A stretch of 64,000 bases of DNA from a candidate division FCPU426 bacterium (GTDB taxonomy: Bacteria > Oederibacteriota > Muellerivitia > Muellerivitales > Muellerivitaceae), in assembly GCA_963830915.1 (NCBI GenBank), contig CAWHOE010000006.1:1-64000 (forward strand). The letters run 5' to 3'. Made by a program: the position numbers and the translations under genes. Positions 19,371 to 30,199 of the stretch are shown in pieces (position 1 is the first letter of the stretch; every line of letters starts with the position of its first letter). The notes beneath the pieces were generated by a model. The model saw only the letters and a list, made by a program, of their open reading frames with translations. It did no database searches and had not been told where the DNA came from.

Positions 19371-21392
19371 CTACTTGGGAAATAATGATTCCCTAATGAC
19401 CGAGATCCTTTTTAAGGCTTTACCATCCTTGAACAAGATAACGTAATACTGGCCGGGAAGCGTGTCCTTCCCTCTTTGATCCAGCCCATCCCATTCCAGC
19501 CACGCGTCGCTCTGGGCCACGACCCTTTGCTCAAAAATGGCTTCCAATGTATTCCCTACACTATCGACCACTTCCGCCGTATATTCCCCCGGCCCATCGG
19601 CGAATGTGACGTAAATATTGGCGGGAGGCGAGGAAAAGGTGACGTTGAGGCTTTTATCGACCGGAGGCAAATGTTCCAGTTTGATCTTTGGTTTGGGTAG
19701 CGCTGTTGGTTGAGGAGGTATTCGGGTGGGTGTGGGCCGGTTATTTACCCGGGTCGGAGTCGATGTGAGAGCTTTTACTCGGGCCCTAGGAATAAAGGTT
19801 CGGGTAGGGGTGGCCGTGGGAACGATCCTTTTCGGAATGACCTTTTTGAACCAAGGGGTAAATGTGGCGGTAGGTATGGCGGTATAAGTTGGCAATGGCG
19901 TATCGGTCGGAAGCGGGGTAGGTGTATCCAGAGGTGTATAAGTGGGAAGAGGAGTATGGGTTGGGCTTGGAGTCGGGGTGTATTGAGGAGTTTTCGTGGG
20001 CGTTGGCGTGTTGGATGGAACTGGAGATTTTATGGGGGGACAATGCTCGACACAGGGACCATAAAAGGATATTTGATCAAGGCTATAGGCAAAGGGCCCG
20101 GGGTTCAAAGGATAGAATTGGATCCCCAAAACGTCGCTTCCATCCGGATGTTCAGGTAAACCCGTCTCAGTACCCATACTCGGCTTACGAGTCAAACTTT
20201 TGAACGGAAATTGATAAAAAGTCCAAACACCGGCTTTAGGGGTAATATCTTGCCCATACCAGTCCCCTTTCACCTGCCCTTCCGTGACAGCCTTGCTGGG
20301 AACATCGACCCGGTAAGTATTACCATCCCCTTTCATCCAAAATTGGACCCCGATCAGGCCATGGCATGCCGCGTCGAAAGGAACATCCCAAGCCTTTGTT
20401 GAAAGCGGACATTGAAAGATCGCGTAACCATAAGACCCGGTAGTTCCACTGACCCCCGCCGAGGCGCGGCTGTGGTCGGCTCCCGGCCCGTTGTAAGTTA
20501 CTCCAATATCGCTGTTTAAAGTGACAACAGCCTCTTTGGTTCCCCAAAGATTCGTTCGTTCGGGCGGTACGCCGTTCCTGGCCGGATCCTCAAAGTCATC
20601 GATGAGAACCGAGGAGCAGTCCTTCCATCCAGCGTCAGCGGATCGAACGCCGGATGGGACGGTTTGTGGTTTATCGAAGGTGACGGTGAAGTCAAAACGT
20701 TTCTCTTCACCGGCCTTCCAGGTCCAGGGTTGACGAGTCGGCTCATTGTGGGTCATGAGAAGGACGAGGTTGGGCCTCCAATAATCCTCGTCGAAAAAAA
20801 CCGATTGAAGTCCTTCTCCCTTCACCCCTAGGAACAAACCATCATGGATGGCGGAGGGCCCCATCGAAAGGGAAACAGACCCCGACGGACGCTGGAGTCC
20901 CTTTTGTACTTTTCCGCTGGTTTGGTCGAACTGGTAGGGCACCCCATTCCATTCTTCGAACGGCAGGCTCACCCTGGCTTGAACGTTGCTGACTTCGAGA
21001 TCATTCCGAGGCGTCATGATATAGAGGATATGAAGCCCGTTCGGCAGGTTTTCCACGGAGGATTTAAGATCAACCGCTACCCCATTTATCCGGGCGATCC
21101 CCTGAATGCCGCCCGTCTCATCCCCGTTAGCGGATTCTTTGAATAGGAATTCATTCGGCCACCCATGCTGATCCACCCACCAACCCGTGTAAATGACCGG
21201 ATAAACCGTCGCCACTTTTCCATTTTGGTCGGAAATGACCACGTTCCCATTCGTCAGGATCCGAGTGCTTAGGGTTTTCATCACGGGTGATATCCCGGGA
21301 TCGTTTGTCGCGGCCCAGGATGGGCCGGTCACAACGATAAACATGGCCAACAGGAATAACCAAAACAAGGAATTCAATGACCGTATTCTCAA
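19371..21392 (-). CDS. Secreted protein with a CBM11/CIA30-like domain, Pro/Thr linker and FlgD-like C-terminal domain
   Basis: Signal peptide; LIDDFED...QFWMKGDG...YSLDQISFY; PT repeats; WDGLDQRG...PGQYYV. Confidence 0.7.
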   Translation of the reverse strand: MRIRSLNSLFWLFLLAMFIVVTGPSWAATNDPGISPVMKTLSTRILTNGNVVISDQNGKVATVYPVIYTGWWVDQHGWPNEFLFKESANGDETGGIQGIARINGVAVDLKSSVENLPNGLHILYIMTPRNDLEVSNVQARVSLPFEEWNGVPYQFDQTSGKVQKGLQRPSGSVSLSMGPSAIHDGLFLGVKGEGLQSVFFDEDYWRPNLVLLMTHNEPTRQPWTWKAGEEKRFDFTVTFDKPQTVPSGVRSADAGWKDCSSVLIDDFEDPARNGVPPERTNLWGTKEAVVTLNSDIGVTYNGPGADHSRASAGVSGTTGSYGYAIFQCPLSTKAWDVPFDAACHGLIGVQFWMKGDGNTYRVDVPSKAVTEGQVKGDWYGQDITPKAGVWTFYQFPFKSLTRKPSMGTETGLPEHPDGSDVLGIQFYPLNPGPFAYSLDQISFYGPCVEHCPPIKSPVPSNTPTPTKTPQYTPTPSPTHTPLPTYTPLDTPTPLPTDTPLPTYTAIPTATFTPWFKKVIPKRIVPTATPTRTFIPRARVKALTSTPTRVNNRPTPTRIPPQPTALPKPKIKLEHLPPVDKSLNVTFSSPPANIYVTFADGPGEYTAEVVDSVGNTLEAIFEQRVVAQSDAWLEWDGLDQRGKDTLPGQYYVILFKDGKALKRISVIRESLFPK

Positions 21393-21507
21393 ATTTATTC
21401 TTCCTGGTTGAGTTGAATAATAAAAAGGCGTCTAGACGGCAACATCTATTTATTTTTGTCTACTACACCTCCCCATCCCAGACAAGCCTAACCTCACCCC
21501 TCATTCT

Positions 21508-23004
21508 TCAAGGCGGAGGGGGGATTTCTACCGTTGGCCGGGCGACCACCGGGCCGGGATAAAAAGCCGACAGGATCGTTTCTTCCAGAAGGGTGCTTTC
21601 CCTCCCGTAAATGGTGTAATCATCCGTTCCTGCCGTCATCACACAAACCAGGTCGGCGTCCGGAACCACATAAATTTCCTGGCCCCCGTAACCATTGGCG
21701 TAAAATACCTGGGTGTCTCGGCCCTTCAAGTCCATCGTCTGGACATGCCACAAGTACCCGTATTCATGGCCAAAAGCCTGGCTCCTGGGGCAGTGGACGG
21801 TCGTGGAGTCCTTCACCCACTTTTCCGAAACCACCTGCTTCCCTTCCCACTTCCCCTTGTTCAGGTACATCAACCCCAGCTTGGCCATGTCCCGGGGTTT
21901 CAACCAAAGACCTGAGTTCACCAGGGGAGCTCCGTGGGGACCCAATATCCATTGACTGCTCGCGATGCCCAACGGCTGGAACAGGAACTTTTGTGAGAAA
22001 TCCTGTAAACCCATCCCGCTTTTTTGGACGAGATAATTGGCGAGTAGGGTCAGGGTGGTGCCGTTGTAGGACCAATGGGTACCAGGTGGATGGAGGAGCG
22101 GCAGGGAAAGGCAAAAGGATATCCAATCTTGGGATTGGGCCATGCCGCTGTAGCAAGGTGTAGCCGAGCCAACGGCAATATCATCGCAGTCCAACCCTGA
22201 AGTCATGGAAAGAAGATCCCCTACCGTAATGGCGTTTTTGGCGGGGTCCCACTTCGGGTCCTTTTGGGTTTCGGGATAAAGATCGGCCACTTTTTGATGG
22301 ATGTCGATCAGGCCTTGGTCTTGGGCAATTCCATAGACGATGGAAAAAACCGATTTGGTGGCGGAATACTGGGGGTTGGGGTCCTGGGGGCCATAACCCC
22401 TGAAATATTCCTCCAGCAAAAGGGTTCCATGCTGGATCACCAGCAAGGAGTGCAGCCCCGGGATCTTTCCCTGGAGGATATTCCCCACCCCTTTCACCAA
22501 CAGATCGAGGTCAACTTTCTGGTTCCGAATGTCCCCCACAGGCCAGCCATCCGAAAGGGTGGCGGGCGCCTGATAACTGTATTGGGTGACAGCGTTCCCT
22601 TCCCTGTCCACCCTTGGCAGGGTGTAGTTGAGCCCCCGTTGGAGTTGCAGGGGGTAGGTTTTGCCCTGGATGGTTTCGGTGCCCGTGATCGAGTCCCCTT
22701 TCGCGTCCAATTTCAATTCAACGGTGATATGAAGGGTCGGATCTTCTACCACTAACTTTCGCCTTTTTCGAGTGATGGTTCCGGTCAAGGGCTGATGGGT
22801 TTCCCCCCCGATCAGGTCGTCATAAAAAAGGGTGAGTTTACCTTTGGCGTCCTTTTCAATATGGAGCGCATAGCGGTTTTGTTGGTTGTCCGTCTCGACG
22901 GCCCCATACCAATCCCCCGTAAAATCCTTTGAGAACACAATGAGAGGTAATCCAAGACAGATCAAAAATATCGTTCTAAAAATAAAAGTTTTCGGTTTAA
23001 ACAC
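21508..23004 (-). CDS. Serine hydrolase, beta-lactamase class C-like family
   Basis: SATK (SxxK), WSYNG, RDMAKLG, YGYLW, GYGGQ motifs; signal peptide and an extra N-terminal domain. Confidence 0.85.
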   Translation of the reverse strand: MFKPKTFIFRTIFLICLGLPLIVFSKDFTGDWYGAVETDNQQNRYALHIEKDAKGKLTLFYDDLIGGETHQPLTGTITRKRRKLVVEDPTLHITVELKLDAKGDSITGTETIQGKTYPLQLQRGLNYTLPRVDREGNAVTQYSYQAPATLSDGWPVGDIRNQKVDLDLLVKGVGNILQGKIPGLHSLLVIQHGTLLLEEYFRGYGPQDPNPQYSATKSVFSIVYGIAQDQGLIDIHQKVADLYPETQKDPKWDPAKNAITVGDLLSMTSGLDCDDIAVGSATPCYSGMAQSQDWISFCLSLPLLHPPGTHWSYNGTTLTLLANYLVQKSGMGLQDFSQKFLFQPLGIASSQWILGPHGAPLVNSGLWLKPRDMAKLGLMYLNKGKWEGKQVVSEKWVKDSTTVHCPRSQAFGHEYGYLWHVQTMDLKGRDTQVFYANGYGGQEIYVVPDADLVCVMTAGTDDYTIYGRESTLLEETILSAFYPGPVVARPTVEIPPPP

Positions 23005-23115
23005 ATTGCCTCCAACCGTCCATTAGGGCTTTTCATTTTGGCCATAAATACATCCCCAATATTTTATTCCTAAAAGCTTGGGCAAGTCTTGATTTTAAGT
23101 GGTTTATATCTTTAA

Positions 23116-23254
23116 CAGGGTGCTGAAAAAGTATTTTTCAGCACCCAGTCGACAGCCATGGGATAGAACGAGCCACTAAAAATATGATTTTTATCCGCTG
23201 TGGCTCGTTCGCAATTGGGAAAAAGTCCATTTCTCGGACTTTTTCAACATCCTG
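23116..23254. mobile_element. 139-bp MITE-like element flanked by TTAA
   Basis: Ends CAGGGTGCTGAAAAAGT / ACTTTTTCAACATCCTG form an imperfect inverted repeat; TTAA at 23112-23115 and 23255-23258; internal hairpins. Confidence 0.65.
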
Positions 23255-23321
23255 TTAAACATCTTTTTAACAGACTCGATAGAATATACGTCTTCTCGTA
23301 AACTTTATTAAGGAGGACTAA

Positions 23322-23564
23322 ATGACCACATTGACCGCGACACAAGCCCGTGCCAACCTATTCAACCTTCTGGATCTGGCGGCCTCATCTCACGAACCTA
23401 TCCTGATCACCGGTCGCCGACAAAACGGGATATTAATCTCGGAGGATGATTTTCGCGCCATGCAAGAAACTCTGCACCTGATAAGCGTTCCCGGCATGAA
23501 GGCCTCCCTTCTCAAAGCCAAACATGCCCCTCTTAAAACCTATTCCAAAAAACGGCCATGGTGA
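23322..23564 (+). CDS. Phd/YefM-family antitoxin
   Basis: TATQARANLFNLLD...HEPILIT...LISEDDF...ETLHL; AAGGAGG RBS. Confidence 0.88.
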   Translation: MTTLTATQARANLFNLLDLAASSHEPILITGRRQNGILISEDDFRAMQETLHLISVPGMKASLLKAKHAPLKTYSKKRPW

Positions 23565-23590
23565 CCTGGCGGCTTCTTTCAGTAAAAAAC
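23561..23590 (+). pseudogene. Vestige of a Txe/YoeB-type toxin start
   Basis: GTG overlaps the antitoxin stop (GTGA); reads MTWRLL, then FSKK after a 1-nt shift; nothing toxin-like follows. Confidence 0.45.
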
Positions 23591-23636
23591 TTCCGTTTAA
23601 AAAGATTGAAAAATAAACAAAATCTACTCGGGAAGG

Positions 23637-24569
23637 TTAAGCCTCTCCCACTCCCACCAAATTCTCGCGCAGTTTCGCGATGTCCTTGGAAGGCGCGTCG
23701 CCGAAGAACCGGCCATATTCCCGGCTGAACTGGGAAGCGCTGAGATACCCCACCTGGCGGCTGGAGATGCCCGCGTCCATCATGCCGGTGAGCATCAGCC
23801 GCCGCGCTTCCTGAAGGCGCAGGACCTTCTGGAACTGCAACGGGCTCATCGAGGTGACCGACTTGAAGTGGGAGTGGAAGGTGGAAAGGCTCATGTTGGC
23901 GCGCTTGGCCAGGTCCCCCATCTTGATGGGTTGGGCGTAATTATCCCGCAACCAATTGACCGCTTTCGAAACGCCATGCAGGCCTGAATCCTTCAGGCCG
24001 ATCTGGGCCACCCGGGGCCCCAGGGGGCTGCGAAGCAGGCGGATCAATATCTCATCCACCACCAGCGAGCCTATGATCTCGGCTTCTTCCGGCTGGGGGA
24101 TCAATTCCAAAAGCCGAACGGCGGCATTGATGATCTTCGGGTCCGAGTGTCCCACATAGATGGCCCGATGCTCACGCACCGGCGGAATGCCGCGGGGATA
24201 AGCCTTCAAGGTGAGCTCAGCGATCTTTTGGGGGTCCAGGTCCACCCGCACCCCCAAAAGCGGCTCGGCCGCGCTAGCCTGGGTCACCTGGATCGTCACG
24301 GGCATATCCAGGGAATAGACGATCATTTTAGATGCGTCATACTCAAAAACTTCCTTATCCAGCATGACGGTTTTCGCGCCCTGGGCCACAACGCACAAGC
24401 TGGCCTGGGCGAATACATGGAGTTTCTCGGAGTTCATTTTGGACCGGCGAAAAGCGTGGACCCCAGGTATCTTGGTCGCGAAACTACCGTCGTAGGGCGC
24501 ATACCTCTTGATCAAATCGCCTAAACGGGAGACCTCCCCGGTTGAATTGTCGTTGTTGGATGACTTCAT
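23637..24569 (-). CDS. AraC-family regulator (YqhC-like, AraC_N + HTH)
   Basis: SLCVVAQGAK N-domain; MSPLQFQKVLRLQEARRLM and VGYLSASQFSREYGRFFG HTH. Confidence 0.92.
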   Translation of the reverse strand: MKSSNNDNSTGEVSRLGDLIKRYAPYDGSFATKIPGVHAFRRSKMNSEKLHVFAQASLCVVAQGAKTVMLDKEVFEYDASKMIVYSLDMPVTIQVTQASAAEPLLGVRVDLDPQKIAELTLKAYPRGIPPVREHRAIYVGHSDPKIINAAVRLLELIPQPEEAEIIGSLVVDEILIRLLRSPLGPRVAQIGLKDSGLHGVSKAVNWLRDNYAQPIKMGDLAKRANMSLSTFHSHFKSVTSMSPLQFQKVLRLQEARRLMLTGMMDAGISSRQVGYLSASQFSREYGRFFGDAPSKDIAKLRENLVGVGEA

Positions 24570-24613
24570 GAACACCCTCCTTCCCAGAACCGCTACTTAA
24601 TTGTAACGGATAG

Positions 24614-24775
24614 TTATTTGGAAAACACTTCCTTGGCGACGGTCATAGCGCAGGGCCGGCCGAAATAAAAGGCCAAATAGGTGATGGCCTCCTTTAATTC
24701 CTTATGCGTGCCACCATTCTCCACAGTGGCCACCGTAATCAAACTACGGTCCCGCTTGGACAGTTCTTTTCTTGT
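24614..24775 (-). pseudogene. Carboxymuconolactone decarboxylase (CMD)-family remnant, absent from the ORF track
   Basis: Manual translation of the - strand gives KELSKRDRSLITVATVENGGTHKELKEAITYLAFYFGRPCAMTVAKEVFSK*; no start codon and an apparent internal deletion. Confidence 0.7.
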
Positions 24776-24782
24776 TTAAAAG

Positions 24783-25286
24783 TTAATTTTGAACTTTGTC
24801 TTTTAAGAGTTCCCCGATCCATTTCGCGACAGCCTCACCCGCCTTCTTGACGCTTCCGCCCCGGACGGCCAGCCCCGGCAGTACCTTGGACCCAGGGCAA
24901 GACTTGGTGACATCCGAGACGCTTCGGCCCAACCCGCTCCCCTCATGGGTGCAAAAAGTCATGAGGGTCTTGCCGGAAAAGTCGTTCTCCCTCAGGAAGG
25001 TGCCCACGGGCGTCGGGAAGGTGTTCCACCAGTTCGGGAAGCCGATGAAGACGACGTCGTAGGATGAGGCATTCTCCAGCCTGGCCTTGAGTTTCGGCCG
25101 GTGGTCGGCCTCCAGTTCTTTCCTGGCCTGCTCAACCACCGCGTTGTAGTTCTTGGGGTACGGTTCAACGCTCACGATCTCGAACAGGTCGCCTCCGACT
25201 TGGGCTTGGATCTGCCGGGCGACTTCCCGGGTATTACCCGAGTGGGAGAAATAAGCCACTAGGATTTTCTTATCGTTTGCTGACAT
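24783..25286 (-). CDS. Flavodoxin (Flavodoxin_4 type)
   Basis: ILVAYFSHSGNT, GFPNWW, FCTHEGSGLG. Confidence 0.9.
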   Translation of the reverse strand: MSANDKKILVAYFSHSGNTREVARQIQAQVGGDLFEIVSVEPYPKNYNAVVEQARKELEADHRPKLKARLENASSYDVVFIGFPNWWNTFPTPVGTFLRENDFSGKTLMTFCTHEGSGLGRSVSDVTKSCPGSKVLPGLAVRGGSVKKAGEAVAKWIGELLKDKVQN

Positions 25287-25301
25287 GCCGACCCTCCTTT
25301 G

Positions 25302-26138
25302 TTAAGCGTGCGCCATAGATGATGAGAGTTCCAGATAGGCTTCGTTCTGCGCCTGGAGATCAGCGATTTTCTGCTTTACCGCGCCAACCGCGTCAGCACC
25401 GGCGACAAAGCGACGAGGCGGTTTATCCTCGCTCGCGATTTTGATAAGCGCGGCGGCTAACTTGGCCGGGTCGTTGATCTGCTTGCCAGCTTGTGTCTTC
25501 CACCATCCGAGCAGTTGTTCTCGACGCTCTTTATAATCCTCGATAGAGCGGGAAGAATAAGTTGTGGATTTAACCGAAAGAAGGTCTGTCCTAAAGAATC
25601 CCGGATTGACAATAGTTGTGTTGATGCCGAATGGGGCAACTTCCGGTTGCAAACTCTCCATCCAACCCTCCAGGCCAAACTTCGATGCGGCGTACGCGGT
25701 ACCAAATTCAAAGCCCACGAGACCTGCCAATGAAGAGATAGTGATGATGTAACCTGACCGTTGTTTCCGCATTACGGGTAAGATCGCCCTGGTGACATTC
25801 ATCGGACCGATGAGGTTGGTTGAAATTTGTTTCTCGATTTCTTCCGTGGACAACTCCTCAAAGTAACCGGCAAAGAAGTTGCCAGCGTTGTTGACCAATA
25901 CGTCAATACTGCCAAACCGGTCAACAGCCGCCTTCGCGGCCGCCTCTGCGTCTCCAAGTCGTGTGATATCCAACTTCACGACGAGCAGGTTGTCCGACTT
26001 GCCGACCGCCTTTTCCACACTATTAGTGTCCCGGCCAGTAGCAACCACCGCGTTGCCTGCGGCCAGGGCCGCTTTGGCGATATCCACACCCATCCCGCGT
26101 CCTGCCCCTGTAATGAACCAAACTTTTTTGCTTTTCAT
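25302..26138 (-). CDS. Short-chain dehydrogenase/reductase
   Basis: TGAGRGMG, NNAG, YAASK, NPGFFRT. Confidence 0.92.
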   Translation of the reverse strand: MKSKKVWFITGAGRGMGVDIAKAALAAGNAVVATGRDTNSVEKAVGKSDNLLVVKLDITRLGDAEAAAKAAVDRFGSIDVLVNNAGNFFAGYFEELSTEEIEKQISTNLIGPMNVTRAILPVMRKQRSGYIITISSLAGLVGFEFGTAYAASKFGLEGWMESLQPEVAPFGINTTIVNPGFFRTDLLSVKSTTYSSRSIEDYKERREQLLGWWKTQAGKQINDPAKLAAALIKIASEDKPPRRFVAGADAVGAVKQKIADLQAQNEAYLELSSSMAHA

Positions 26139-26148
26139 AATGTCTCCT

Positions 26149-28003
<1,855 letters not shown>

Positions 28004-28271
28004 CATTGGCTAACTCCTTTTCCCCGTTTTAGTTCCGCTGATGGAGAAATGATAGTATTCGACCTGGCCAAACCCTTGCCTAATCCTATGAATCTTTAAC
28101 ACGATTCGCCGATGTAGGGTCGATTTTGGGAGAAATAAACGAGGAATTTACGTTAGAAAGGTGGGGTATTCCACCGACATTCCCACCGGCATTTTGGACT
28201 TTCCGATGGCTTCCGATGGGCGACCGGTGCCCGGCCGGTAGTCGGCCGGGAGCGGATTGACCGGCATATTG

Positions 28272-28670
28272 TTTACTGGATTCGGGGGAAGAATTTACTG
28301 GAAAAATCGAAAGTTTACTGGAAATGACCGGCTTACCAACCCCTATAAGGGGTTGGTACAACCAAAACTCGCCATTCGCCTCGTGGGCTCATGGCAGGTG
28401 TGTTTACTGGAATACCTTCCCCATTTACTGGAAACATCTGCCTGTTTACTGGATTTAGCAGATTTGTTTACTGGAAATGAGAATTGTTTACTGGATTTGG
28501 GGGAAGAATTTACTGGAAAAGTCGGAAGTTTACTGGAAATGACCGGCTTACCAACCCCTATAAGGGGTTGGTACAACCAAAACTCGCCATTCGCCTCGTG
28601 GGCTCATGGCAGGTGTGTTTACTGGAAAACCCTCCCCGTTTACTAGAAAACGGACTTTTCGTTACTGGAG
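28272..28670. repeat. Array of about 13 TTTACTGGA motifs at 20-22 bp spacing, containing a duplication with 215-bp offset
   Basis: Motif starts at 28272, 28294, 28314, 28403, 28424, 28445, 28467, 28487, 28509, 28529, 28618, with variants at 28639 and 28661; hairpin TACCAACCCC-TATAA-GGGGTTGGTA occurs twice. Confidence 0.9.
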
Positions 28671-28789
28671 AAATACGGTTTTGGTATATGGCTGTATACG
28701 GCCATTTTGGCCGGTAAACACCATGTATTAAGGTGGTAAATGCCCTGTATGAACCCTGTATTAGGTTAGTACATATCGGCGGAATCCTA

Positions 28790-29045
28790 TTGTGCCACCG
28801 GCATTGGCACGATGCCAGTAGTGGCACAATAACTTGGCACAATGGCACGATACGTTGGCACGATAACTTGATGGTATTTTCCGTTGATAAAACTTCAATA
28901 AAATTAAGCAAAATAAGCTAGTTTTGGGTACCGCTACTATGCCATCCCGGCCTTATCGTGCCACCCAGCCAACTACCGATCGTGCCATGGCACAATGCCG
29001 GCAAATCCGTAAGTGGCACGATGGCACGATACGTTGGCACGATCT
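28790..29045. repeat. Cluster of TGGCAC/GTGCCA motifs
   Basis: TGGCAC at 28805, 28822, 28835, 28843, 28856, 28988, 29014, 29022, 29035; ATGGCACGATACGTTGGCACGAT occurs twice. Confidence 0.8.
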
Positions 29046-29328
29046 TGAAATCGGGCCTATTTACCTCGTTGGCCCGACACAACCAAGGCTTGTGCCTCGG
29101 TTTGTACCAACTGTCAATCAGTTGGCATTGCCAGGCTTTACCCTTCAACGCCGGATCTTTTAATCTTTGATCCGGCACATCTAATAATATGTCTCGGCTT
29201 GTAGCCTCAACATAAGAGCTGGTGGGTGAAGGGTAGGCAAATAGACCTCGGCACAGGTGCCTGCCAATTTATTTACGCGGAGTAAGCGGGTGACCGGCGA
29301 CTTGCCAATTAATGTCATCGATGACCGG

Positions 29329-29495
29329 ACCCGCTACTCTGAAATGCCTACTTGGCGTAATCCATGGCGTGATAAAGCTTCCCGCTGCCGTCCTTATCCT
29401 CCAACAGCACCGGCACCAGGGCCCCCGGCAATACCTTGTCCGGGTCATTGGGCGCCTGCTGGCCCCCCAGATCCGTCCTCAGCCAACCCGGGTCC
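29329..29495 (-). pseudogene. Duplicated 3' end of the SDR gene at 42477-43178 (direct repeat of 42458-42624)
   Basis: Encodes DPGWLRTDLGGQQAPNDPDKVLPGALVPVLLEDKDGSGKLYHAMDYAK*, identical to the SDR C-terminus; offset 13129 bp. Confidence 0.92.
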
Positions 29496-30159
29496 CGTCC
29501 GGTATCTGGCCGGGAGGTAGAGATGGGTGACAATATCCCCAAAGCTAGGGGATATACGAGGAATTATTTGAGACAAGACTGCTAGTTTTCGATTCCATTG
29601 TACCGCCTGCAATGTGGTTCGATCGGATTCCGCACTGGACCCTCATATCATAAGAACGGTACATGCCGACCATCCCATATAGGTCAAGAGGGGGTGGGTA
29701 TAGTACCAAGTGCCACCAACCTAACTACCAATCCAACGATCCTTCATCTGGCTGATTTCCCGTGTTGAATCAGGTTTGAAAACAGAATGTTAAAACAAAG
29801 AAAATAATTTTCATTCATTTACCTTGGAGAAAGACGTCAACGGCGTCTTTACCCAAGGTTGCTCGTCAAACCTCACACATTTCATCCAGGCATTCCGAGC
29901 GATTTGGTTCATAGAAAAATTTCTAAAAATAAACTGCACCGATTTTGTCTTTTTTAAAAGCAGCGTTTTTCAATTTTTTGTTGTCTAAAAGAGACAACGA
30001 AAGTTAAGATGCAATTAGTTCTTCGAAACAGCACGGAATTGAAATTTCCCGTCCAAATCGCTTCCCCCTATTTCAAACATGGGTCATTTTTGAAGAATGC
30101 CCAAATCAAAATAAATGCGGATCAGGACTGCGGATTTTTTGTATCCATTTGCGGAACTC

Positions 30160-30173
30160 TGAAAGCGTTTTCA
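30160..30173. promoter_or_regulatory. LacI/cre-like palindrome TGAAAGCGTTTTCA
   Basis: Near-perfect palindrome about 27 bp upstream of the ATG at 30200. Confidence 0.45.
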
Positions 30174-30199
30174 TCCTATTTCAGGAAGGGAGATTTCCA

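Noticed and set aside
21508..23004. Antibiotic-resistance beta-lactamase
   Set aside because: The motifs support only the broad serine hydrolase family; substrate cannot be inferred
28272..28670. CRISPR array
   Set aside because: The repeat is only 9 bp with 11-13 bp spacers, the longer unit is a simple duplication, and no cas genes are in the window
28790..29045. Sigma-54 promoters (TGGCAC)
   Set aside because: None of the copies I checked has TTGC at the correct -12 spacing, and the motifs occur in both orientations in a dense cluster
28086..29178. Short ORFs across the repeat tract
   Set aside because: They overlap in several frames, lack clear RBSs, and their periodic residues simply reflect the DNA motifs
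30149..30199. ORF-track start of the giant protein at 30149 (likewise track starts at 3887, 4903, 8234, 36318, 48868, 52378, 53726)
   Set aside because: Downstream starts have better RBSs, stop-start coupling or signal peptides
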